The translations under genes and the position numbers were made by a program. A stretch of 64,000 nt of DNA from the NCBI GenBank assembly GCA_034226945.1, contig CP120457.1:124001-188000 (forward strand), in the 5' to 3' direction. Under the pieces are notes generated by a model. It saw only the letters and a program-made list of their open reading frames with translations. It was not told the DNA's origin and did no database searches. Below are positions 1 to 9,673 of the stretch, piece by piece. The first letter of the stretch is position 1, and every line of letters starts with the position of its first letter. The stretch comes from Picochlorum sp. SENEW3. Its lineage: Eukaryota.

Positions 1-1198
1 TCGCTCTGTGGATGACGTCCGATTGGAAACTTTGAATGGATCTGTTAATCTTCTCTCTGATTGCATGCATCACGACCGTGGCAGATATATTCACCCCAGG
101 TATCGTAATGCTCTGAATTGAAGCTTCGAGGTATTCCAAAATACTTTCACGTGTGCTTTTTCTAAACAATGCTACAAAAAATGCTGTTTGACCGGCGACT
201 TTGACCACACCCTTGCCCAGCAGGGTGGCTCCAAAGAATTCCCAGAATGGCATGAGAAAGTGACCGCAACAAATGCCACATAAATCAAATGCTGCATTGG
301 GATACGCTGCTAATATGAATATTCCCCAAAACCCCCTCTTTTCTATAAAGTCAAGCATCCAGTGCTTGATCTTGCTGATGGTCATCTGAAAGAGGGCAAC
401 CATTTTGGAATACCATGATGCTGCCTTGCTATATCGTATCGATGATGAATGTTCCAACTTTGCAATTTCCTCTGCTTCGATGTTTTTTCTCCCAGCTTTT
501 GCAGCCTGGTAGCTGAGCAAGTAAGGCGGTATTTCTCCAATTGCGGTACCAATACCCCACAGAATCCCAGCAGGGAGTGAGTGCAAAAACACCTGCCAAA
601 AGCCCACCATATCGCTCGGGTCCCCTTTCGATACAGTAGGAACGCATTGAAATGCATCGCTTCTCCACCACATATCTGATCGGATATCAAAATCCAGATT
701 ACCACATCGCTCTGATGCCAAACAAATCTTGAGGATGTGAGGAAACAGAAACAGGAGGCCAGAATGCATTCCTGAGCCAAACCCTATCGAGGATAGTATC
801 CCCAGTCCCATCCACCACACCACAAACTCGCTTGAGAATTCAATCTGCTCGATCGTGTCCTCTTGCACTCCCGCTATTTTCAGAAAAACGTACAGAAGAA
901 GGACGGGGAGTACCACAAACAGTGTGGCAGGATGCGCTACCGTCCATCTCACGAACAACCATATACTGTCCAAAGCACTCAAATAAAAATACTTCAATGT
1001 CAATAGAGGAGACCCAAAGAGTGTCAATCGAGTGCGTTCTTTGGTCAATCGATTCCCCAACTGCTACACAGTCCCAAGGGCATATTGTCAGCGAATAACA
1101 TCTCTCATCGGATTAGATACACATATGTATATTTTCTTTCATAATCAGCATACCTTGGTGTCCACCCGAAGACTGTCTTGGAGTGTGTCGCTCTCCAT
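1..1198 (-). CDS. VMP1: Vacuole membrane protein 1 (VMP1/KMS1 family); 3' end runs off the window
   Basis: Not in the ORF track. Manual minus-strand translation gives WWMGLGILSSIGFGSGMHSGLLFLFPHI and PNAAFDLCGICCGHFLMPFWEFFGATLLGKG, typical of VMP1. ATG at 1198, short exon 1 ending AAG|GTATGC, then one intron. Confidence 0.85.
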
Positions 1199-1284
1199 TG
1201 TGGGAATTCCGTTGCAATGACTTATTCAATCATGTCAGTCTTTAGAATACGTGTTACATTCAATAATGGTAAAGAAGTATTTTT

Positions 1285-2631
1285 TTAATCTTCTTCTTCG
1301 CTGCTGTCGTCATCCGTCTCAGCCTCTTCCAACCACTGGACGATTGGCTGGGCGGCATCTCTGATGGCCTTGGCATCTTCTGGAGAGACACCAAGCACGG
1401 CTCCGGCGTTGGCCTTGTGATGCCATCCGATGATGATTTCCTCATCGATAATATCCTCTTCGAACAAGTACTTGAGAATGAATGGGATCTCTTTCATTCT
1501 ATCCTTGAAAGAGGCTGCCATGAGGGCCTCGAATGCCATCAGTTGCGCCAGCTGGCTTGCTGAATCACTGGCAAATTCATGCAAGACGGGGGACTTTTTC
1601 TGAACAAGTTGGAGCAACGCCTCTTGTTTGGAGTCTGAGAAGAGGGATGAATACAGAACTGACACTTTGGCAGGCATGTTGCCAGGAAGCCCGGCATATG
1701 CCTCCCTGATGGCATTCATATCAGTGGGGGATGCACTGAGAGCAGTATTCAACACTGTGACTGGATCGTTCAACGCCAAACGCCTTGCTTCTTCTTCTAA
1801 TCGTGCCTTTTCTTCCTCTGCTTTTCTCTTCTCCTCTCTCTTCTTTGCAGCAGCACGATCAGCCTCCAAGTTGCCCTGCGTCACCATCTTGGCAGTGGCA
1901 GAAGAGAGCTGCTCCTGAGCCCTCTTCTTCATGGCTTCGTCACTGGTATCAGTCATCCAGACAACATCTTCCTCGTCCTCCTCCTCATCGTCATCGTCCC
2001 TGTCTTCGCTGACATCCTGTTCCTCTGAAGGCGCTTGTTCTCCGTCAGGTCCATCCTCCTTGCTTTCCTTACTGCTCTTCTTCTTCTTCTTTTTCTTCTT
2101 CTCCTCCTTCGTGGATCCCTCGGATTCAAGACCTTTCAATCGCTCCTTCTCCGCCTTCTTCACCTTTTTCTCCGCCTTGCTCAGCTTGTTCTCTGGAGGA
2201 TTCTTAATGATGAATGTGTTCAACCTGAATTTGGGGTCAACAGTGGATACATGCCCGCATGCTTTGCACTTGAGGTATATATTTTCCTTTTTTATTTTGA
2301 TCACCGTCTCTGGGTTGCCACAGCCATAGCACTGGACGTACTTTTTGATGAACGATTCCAAAATCTCACTCAACTTTTTCTGATCGTGCGCTCCATTCAC
2401 AATAGACGTCCCAATCTTCTTATCAAACTTGGTCTGAGCCCCAAGCTCAATCCCAAAGTACTTGATAACATATTCCGGAGGCCTCTCCAGTGCCTTGGCG
2501 ATATCAACATTATTCACCACGTTGGTCTTGATTCCATTCCCTCGTCCCTCAATCTTACACTGCAACTTGGGCATTTTGTACCTGTAAAAGGCATCCCCTG
2601 CATTCTCCCCTCCAATATTGAGCATAGCCAT
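1285..2631 (-). CDS. EIF5: Eukaryotic translation initiation factor 5
   Basis: FYRYKMP...EGRGNGIKT N-terminus, CxxC...CxxC zinc finger, C-terminal W2 domain ending WLEEAE; intronless 448-aa ORF. Confidence 0.97.
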   Translation of the reverse strand: MAMLNIGGENAGDAFYRYKMPKLQCKIEGRGNGIKTNVVNNVDIAKALERPPEYVIKYFGIELGAQTKFDKKIGTSIVNGAHDQKKLSEILESFIKKYVQCYGCGNPETVIKIKKENIYLKCKACGHVSTVDPKFRLNTFIIKNPPENKLSKAEKKVKKAEKERLKGLESEGSTKEEKKKKKKKKSSKESKEDGPDGEQAPSEEQDVSEDRDDDDEEEDEEDVVWMTDTSDEAMKKRAQEQLSSATAKMVTQGNLEADRAAAKKREEKRKAEEEKARLEEEARRLALNDPVTVLNTALSASPTDMNAIREAYAGLPGNMPAKVSVLYSSLFSDSKQEALLQLVQKKSPVLHEFASDSASQLAQLMAFEALMAASFKDRMKEIPFILKYLFEEDIIDEEIIIGWHHKANAGAVLGVSPEDAKAIRDAAQPIVQWLEEAETDDDSSEEED

Positions 2632-2671
2632 CTTGAATTCTTCGTGTCCTCTTCCTCAACGCGTATCCGTA

Positions 2672-2719
2672 CTACGATAACGTTGTCTTCTTCTGAGCAG
2701 CTGGGCAAGCTTTCAACAT
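2672..2719 (-). promoter_or_regulatory. Poor-context upstream ORF (15 codons) in the eIF5 5' leader
   Basis: TTG-ATG-T context (-3 U, +4 U) encoding MLKACPAAQKKTTLS*; ends 40 nt before the strong-context main AUG (AAG-ATG-G); lies just 3' of a putative 5'UTR intron acceptor (TTCAG at 2730-2726). Confidence 0.6.
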
Positions 2720-2949
2720 CAACACCTGAATAGCATTTAGTTCACACAGCACCAACCACGATGCAATTGTAAATTAAATAAATTTCTGTAACATTCGTCA
2801 ACTACGGTAAAGCCCGTTAATGCCTCGTTGAAAGCAAACGAACGAGTGTCTCCACAAGCTGATTGACTGCTACTGTACTATCACAGAAATGCGCGCATGC
2901 ATTCAGTTTAAAACACTACATGTATATGTGTTGTAATAATAATTGAATT

Positions 2950-3148
2950 TGGTATGCAGTCCGGCAGCGTGGGTGGCACATTCTTGTATGTAGACTACAG
3001 TCTCATCTGATTGGGACCTGTCATTGATATCCCATCAATGCTAGTGCCAGAGAGGCACTGGAGAAGAATATCAATACGTGAATGTTCACTCGGTCAATAA
3101 CATGGGTTGATAGGTCCATATGTGTGTGAGATGCCGTACTGAATACCA
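2950..3148. ncRNA. Candidate structured RNA of unknown family
   Basis: Nested complementary arms 2950-2966/3132-3148, 3001-3006/3126-3131 and 3014-3023/3108-3117, plus internal hairpins 3041-3061 and 3078-3089. G-U pairs favour the + strand. Confidence 0.35.
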
Positions 3149-3233
3149 CTGTGTTCTTGTCCAATTACACGTTTCCGACACATATAAAATTCCACACTAC
3201 ATATATAGATAGATACAATGAAGAGTGGCAGAT

Positions 3234-4085
3234 ATGGCGTCAATTGACGAGTGTGTGGATCCCTGTTACGGTTCAGCAGTTGTGGACGAGTTGTTGGACC
3301 CGACTCCAGACATTCATCGACTGTTTTGTTATTATAATGATCTTTATTTTAAATCTAGGTTAGAATCTCGGGTCATGGTGGAATGGAGTAGCTCTAGAAT
3401 GACGAGTTGTGGTGGGACCTGTGCTCTCCTTCCTGGAGGTGGAATCATGATTCGGTTGTCCAAGCCTCTGCTGTGTCTTCGACCACCGTCGGATTTGAAG
3501 GATGTGTTGCTCCATGAGATGATCCATGCATATATGATGGTGCATAATACCCGTGATAACGATCCTGGTGGTCATGGGGATGTCTTCAAACAATGGATGA
3601 GGGATATCAACATGTCCAGGGTACCAGATATGTATAGGCCTTCGCAAGGGTACCATATAACGGTGTATCATACAATGTTTAATGAGGTTGAATACTATAG
3701 GAGGCATCATTGGCAGTGTGGGCGGTGTGGTGATCTGGTGAAGAGGTCTGTCAATAGACGTCCTCAGCCAGCTGATTGTCGATGGTATGCTCGCCGGCGA
3801 GGCCATGCAGATACAGCCAAGGATTTTGATTGTAATGATATGGGGTGTCGATGGCACATGCACTTAAAGTTCTGCGGTGGCGAGTATGTCAAGATACAGG
3901 AGCCTGAGAAGACAAAGGTGCCAGAAAAGGAAAAGAAGAAACGGAATGCTGCCTCCAGTATGCGTCGAATTGACACTCTTCTGGCAAAAAAGAATGAACC
4001 GAATGCCAAGCTCGAGTCATCAACAGGGAGTATCGTTGATTTGACAGAGGATGATGCCACTGTTGTTGATCTGACATCTGAATGA
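3234..4085 (+). CDS. SprT-like (Spartan/SPRTN-family) DNA-protein crosslink metalloprotease
   Basis: DPTPDIHRLF..YN..YF, VEWSS.RMTSCGG, HEMIH (HExxH) zinc motif, YRRHHWQC zinc-binding region; first ATG at 3234. Confidence 0.9.
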   Translation: MASIDECVDPCYGSAVVDELLDPTPDIHRLFCYYNDLYFKSRLESRVMVEWSSSRMTSCGGTCALLPGGGIMIRLSKPLLCLRPPSDLKDVLLHEMIHAYMMVHNTRDNDPGGHGDVFKQWMRDINMSRVPDMYRPSQGYHITVYHTMFNEVEYYRRHHWQCGRCGDLVKRSVNRRPQPADCRWYARRRGHADTAKDFDCNDMGCRWHMHLKFCGGEYVKIQEPEKTKVPEKEKKKRNAASSMRRIDTLLAKKNEPNAKLESSTGSIVDLTEDDATVVDLTSE

Positions 4086-4209
4086 ATCACTTTTATTTTT
4101 CCTTGATACTGTGCATATATATTCTTTTTATTTATTTCATACAGTAATCCAGTCATCTCTGTGATTAATAATAAAAGTGATCCACATAAAAAAAGGAATA
4201 AATCAGTGC

Positions 4210-5070
4210 CTACTCGAGGGATGCATATTGAACAAGGTGAGGATGGAGGTCATATGGTCCATATGATCTATAGTCAAAAAAGTCCAACGACTTATGTTTT
4301 CGAAACGCCTCCCTCAACAGTGATTCATCTGCCGAAGCAATCCTAACACTTGATAATTGAGTCATCGCGTCCATCCATGCACCGACCGACCCATCACAAA
4401 GCAATCCTACATCCACACCATACGAGTCCTTCATAGCAACGCGAGCTCGCTGCACAAAGGGATACACTACAAAATCAGAAAGAGTAGCTTGCTGTTCTCC
4501 AAAGAGAAATAGTCCATCTCGGCCAGTTTGATCTGAGAACAATGCTCCTAAAGATGACTCAAGTCCCTCTATTTGTGATGGACGAATCTTTGTTCCTATC
4601 CCCCAAAATCTAGCATTGCTCCCAGACATGGCATCCAGACAACTCGACACGGCACTAAAAAGAAGCGCATCATCATGCGTGTCTTCGCCGCTCAACCACC
4701 GACATAAATCCATTGACTCTGTCATCACATTCCCTTTGTGGGAAACAGCAGGAACAAGCCCCCTTGGATTCACTCCATAGTACCAATCTGGCTTGTTGGA
4801 TAAATCTATATGAACCATTGTGAACGCACATCCCTTCTCCAACAATGTCAACCACACACGTTCCGCATATGGACAGAGCGTATGAGAAAAGAAGGTATAC
4901 CTGTCCTCTCCCAAGAGGAAAGCACTGTCCTCCAACTGACTCCCCTCAATAACTACAAATCGACTCTCCTGCATTGCACTGGCACAAATACGCCCACTAG
5001 GTTGAAATAAAGGGGTGTGAAATCGTGTAGATATCCGGTATTGTCCAAATGTGGCCAAGGTGTACGCCAT
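4210..5070 (-). CDS. Cys-type glutathione S-transferase (lambda/omega-like), probably organellar
   Basis: CPYAERVW active-site motif, KPDWY, NPRGLVP and TESMD motifs; transit-peptide-like N-terminus from ATG 5070. Confidence 0.85.
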   Translation of the reverse strand: MAYTLATFGQYRISTRFHTPLFQPSGRICASAMQESRFVVIEGSQLEDSAFLLGEDRYTFFSHTLCPYAERVWLTLLEKGCAFTMVHIDLSNKPDWYYGVNPRGLVPAVSHKGNVMTESMDLCRWLSGEDTHDDALLFSAVSSCLDAMSGSNARFWGIGTKIRPSQIEGLESSLGALFSDQTGRDGLFLFGEQQATLSDFVVYPFVQRARVAMKDSYGVDVGLLCDGSVGAWMDAMTQLSSVRIASADESLLREAFRKHKSLDFFDYRSYGPYDLHPHLVQYASLE

Positions 5071-5406
5071 CCCTTTCGAAAGCGAATGGATCACAGTGTC
5101 TCCTTCGACTGATCCAGGGATTCCTATGATATATTATTCGCAAAATGAATAAGATCTTGGCATTCAAAGCTATTGATAATCAAGGATTGCTTCATCATGG
5201 AACATTCTTCAAATAGCGGAAACCATTATTGTGGCATGAGCCATAGTGCCAAAATGGAGCCAAAAGAACCAGATGAATGCTTGGCAGAGGCAATCTACGT
5301 GGTCGAAATAAACACTTTTTTTAAATAAATATATCTTTAGCATACTATTAGGAAGATTAACACGTGTTCATAGCATCTGTTTGCTTAGAAAAAGCAATTT
5401 TCAGAA

Positions 5407-7936
5407 ATGTCTTTTCGGCACACGTCCGGGGCAAAGGAGGGTACGACGGTGGATGGAAATTCATCATGGAAGCAAGATTCTGATAATAATATGAGAGCTC
5501 ATGTGAGTCAGTCAGCTCTCTCGACGTCGACTGACTGGAACTACATATCCGAGGCAACTGCCACGACTGGAGAGGACTTGGTAGAGATACCTCAGTGGAA
5601 TATTCGAGTGAATGGGCGTGTCTTCTCGCATTACTTGGGAATTTCAAAGAGAATGTACGATTTGAAATCTCTATCTATTGCTGCATTGCGTTGAGGTTGC
5701 ATTGAATTTGAAATATCTTTTGGTTGCAGTCCTCGGAAGAGTATTTTCTTATTGCCTGTCATTGATCCTGCCAGTCGATTGGCTACATTCTGGGGATATA
5801 CGAATACTATTACAGATATGACCTATACGTCTTTTATCGTGCCCCTATCTATGGCTTTTAATGACTACTCCAGGGTCAATGCATGGTCCATCATGGATCT
5901 GATCGGAAGTTGTATCTATATAATTGATCTGTTGATGCAGTTTCACATAGGATTTATGGTCCGATGGGATATGGAACATGTGACAATCACGGATGGGATT
6001 GCAGTTGCGAAAAGGTACATTCTACATGGGACATTTGCCATTGATTTTTTGGCATCCCTTCCTGTTATATTGCAAGTCATGTTTATGGCTGATTCGGATT
6101 TGGATGAGAATCAGAGTGCTGTGAGACTGATTCAGCTGATTCGTTTGCTTCGTTTACTCAGAGTGGTGAATTTGATCATGGTAAGTACGTGTGCACTGCG
6201 AGCATTATCGTGATAGATGCGTCATATCCAACTCTATGGAAATCTATGCAGCGTATGGGGCAGGTGACGGAAGGCGGTTCCATGTCATTTTATTTTGCAA
6301 GTAAATTCAGCACGCTCAGTCTGTTCATCATTAGAATTGTGTTCACTTTGTCTGTACTTGTGAATCTAATGGCATCTCTATGGTACGCGAGGTTGATTTG
6401 TAGCACATTTTCAAAGTTGTACTTGAACTCACGTACTGTGATGGTTGTGTAGGTGGTGGATAGCTGCGACTGAAGGATTTGAAAACAGTTGGGTTGAACC
6501 TGTTGATCAAGGTGAGATGCTTTTTGTTTTGGCTTTTTGTGAATCTAGAATACGTTCCTGAGTATTCTCTCGCGCTTACTCTGTGCAGCAAAACCCGATT
6601 TGAATTTGGACACCACAAATAATCTGAATCGCTGGCTTGTTTGTGCCTATTTTGTTCTATGTACTGTGAGCACCATTGGATACGGAGACATCACGCCTGT
6701 AAGCATCGCGGAAATTTGCCTTAATATTCTTTTTATACTGATAGGAGTCGCCTACTTTGGTTATGTGATTTCGTACGTCATTTTTTTTTTGCGGTAGATG
6801 TGTAGATAGAGAATAATGCCCTTACACTGTGTGAATGCAGGAGTATTTCTCAGCTGTTGGCCATGTCCAAGTCATCCTCCATTGATGGAGGTCAATTGCT
6901 TGAGAAACTTCGTGGTATGGAAGTCTGGATGAAAAAGAACGGATTTAAGAAGAAGACAAGGGAGGAACTGAGAAGGTTTTACTACACAACATGGTCACCT
7001 GCCCAGGATAAGTCTGACATTGAGTACTTTGATGAACTTCCATTGTGGTTGCGGAGCAAAGTAATCAAGTCAATGATTGGAAATTCGAGGGCTTTGGAAA
7101 ATTTCACCGGAATAAAAATGCACCCAGAATCAAAGATTGCAAAACAAGTCATCAAGGCTGTGGCAGCATCTGCAGTCCCACTGCATTTCCGCAGTGCAGA
7201 AAAGGTGTTCAAAAGGGGAGAGGAAGCCAACTACGTATATTTACTTGAAGAGGGAGAAGTCGGAGCTATTATTGTAGGTGATAAGATACCGTACAGTATC
7301 CGTTCTCCTGGAGTGTTTGGATCTGCTGCTGTGTTTTCTAGCAAAATAGAAGCGTGTAGTCAAAGGTCCTTGACAGTGTTTACAATCACATCATGCACGG
7401 TGTGGAGGGTAGATGGACAAGATCTCTTTGCAAGACTTCTATCTAATGCGCCTATATCGCTTGTCCATATCTTAGAGCATTTCCTTGACGGTCTTGGAGA
7501 CTTGAGGGAGTATGTCCTTGAGAGAAGCCAGGATGATGACGTCATGATTGACGAGGGCCATTTGCGAGATGTATCATCGCAGATTCTCGAAGAAGGAGCA
7601 GAATTAAAAGAAGCACTGGCAAACACAAGTAGACGTGCCTTTGAAAAGGATATTGCTCGCGGAGAGGTTGAATTGGGGGATGTTGACCACAGAAGCTTCT
7701 ATCACATCTTGCATGAGGATGAAACCGAGCTCCACATTGATGTAGGGAATCTTCAAAATGACGACACTAACTCTGAAGATGAAGATGAGGAGCCAAGTGG
7801 CGGTAATGCGTTGAATCGGAAAGCAGCAGCTGTCAAAAACTGGCTGCAGAAGATGCCCCTGGTATCAATGGGCAGGAATGAGTTTTTTGATGACGAATCA
7901 GATGATGACGTTGGATTTAAACGATCCATTATGTAA
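5407..7936 (+). CDS. Voltage-gated K+ channel with cyclic-nucleotide-binding domain (Shaker-like/KCNH/HCN superfamily), multi-exon
   Basis: S4 RLIQLIRLLRLLRV, selectivity filter TVSTIGYGD, C-linker and CNBD (VFKRGEEANYVYLLEEGEV); ORF pieces joined by GT-AG introns. Confidence 0.9.
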
Positions 7937-8216
7937 CTAGCACTATTGTTCAATGTATGGTAGTGCATATGCTTGTATTAGGAGAGTACTGCACACTCTT
8001 AAATTGGAATGCATGAAAAATCAGGCTGCATGAGCATCCCATGCATCAGAGGGCGTGTCATCGGCCCCATGCGATTTCCATCAAATTCACGCACCCACCA
8101 CACATGCATCACAACAAATTAATAAATATATTATTAATCAATTTTGTTTCTGTAACTAATCAGAGAATTCTTGTTTCGCACATTCACAGCGGTACACTCG
8201 TTCGTCACTGGCCAAC

Positions 8217-9660
8217 ATGCAAAAAACTGCGGAAAAGAGGTATGACAAGGTTTCGACGTTATTATTCGCCTTGTAATATTAAAACGTAAAACTAGATCGT
8301 GTCTGATCCTGACAAATGAATGTTGTTTGCGTGCAGCAAGAGTCCCGAGGCAGCGGGTGGAGAAGTGGCCGATTTGGTTGAGGAAGGAGCTGAAATAGAG
8401 GTATGCATCGAAAATGATCTTAGTAGTGTATCTATAAATATTGATGCATGGTGTCTTTGCAGTTTCAACCTATTGACAAACTTGAAGAACTTGGTATCAA
8501 CAGAGGTATGGCAAAGTGTTACAAAGTCGCATCTTCACATGCCAATTATGTTTCTCTGATTGATCTATTTTTTGAATACAGGTGATATCAAGAAGTGCAA
8601 GGATGCTGGGTATCACACAGCTGAGTCGATGCTAATGAACACGTTCAAGGTATGTCATGCAACCTCATGCACAATCTCATATTGAGAGTGCGTTTCAACT
8701 CGTCGGAAAACAGGGACTCAATTATTACTTATATATTCGATATAGTGTTTGAGTGAGATCAAAGGATTGAGTGAGGCCAAACTCCTGAAAATCCTTGATG
8801 CCGCAAGGAAAGTCTGTCCATCTGGGCATGGGTTTATGACAGGCAAGGAGTTTGATGTGCAGAGAGAGAGAATGATTGTCCGATTATCAACTGGTTCTAC
8901 ATCTGTCGACACATTGCTTGGAGGAGGGATCGAAAGCAAGTCAATCACAGAGATATTTGGGGAATCCAAAGCTGGGAAGACACAACTGTGCCACACTATG
9001 GCTGTAACAGCTCAGATCCACGACAAAAGCCCGGGGAAAGTGGCATACATTGATACAGAAGGAACATTCAGGCCTGATCGTATCAAGAAGATCGCATCCA
9101 GATTCGATGTCGACGGAGACACCGTTCTCAGCAACATTGTGTATGCCAGGTGCTCGACGTATGAGTCTCAGATGAGTATTCTCGAGCCTCTTGCTGCCAT
9201 GATGGCTGAGGATCAGTTCAGGCTCGTTGTTTTGGTACGATATTACATTAAATAGAATGAAACGTACGTATTCCATCCATGTATGAATTATTTTCTTGTA
9301 CAGGATTCAATCACGGGGTGCTTCAGAACAGATTTTACTGGGAGGGGCGAGCTCAGTGAGCGTCAGCAAAAGCTGAATATCCATCTTGCAAAGCTAAGAA
9401 AGCTATCTGAAGAGTTCAACGTAGCTGTGCTGCTGACGAATCACGTCATGTCGGATCCATCTGGTGGTGCCATGTTCATCAGTGATCCCAAGAAGCCTGT
9501 GGGAGGCCATGTGATTGCTCATGCATCAACGGTGCGCCTGTCCGTCAGAAAAGGGAAGCAAGAGCAGCGAGTCATTAAAATAATTAAAGCTCCACACCTT
9601 GCTGAGGGTGAGGAGAGTTTTGTCATTCAAGATGGAGGTGTCGGAGACTACAGTGATTAA
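8217..9660 (+). CDS. DMC1: Meiotic recombinase DMC1 (6 exons)
   Basis: RecA/Rad51 fold; DMC1-type motifs RQQKL..., [33 protein letters not shown]; five GT-AG introns restore one frame. Confidence 0.88.
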
Positions 9661-9673
9661 TGTGGTTACAACA

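Noticed and set aside
382..780. 132-aa minus-strand ORF in the track
   Set aside because: Alternative frame; the real VMP1 frame on the same strand runs off the window.
1628..2733. Long + strand and alternative-frame ORFs over eIF5 (poly-S/F/L)
   Set aside because: Antisense shadows of Lys/Glu/Asp-rich codons; the same applies to shadows over NOP56, NOP14, the KH gene and the trypsin gene.
2950..3148. Assignment of the fold as SRP RNA, RNase MRP/P, U3 or telomerase RNA
   Set aside because: No SRP54-binding helix 8, no GAAAGUCCCC/CR-V pair, no U3 box A or C', and no CCCUAAA-type template.
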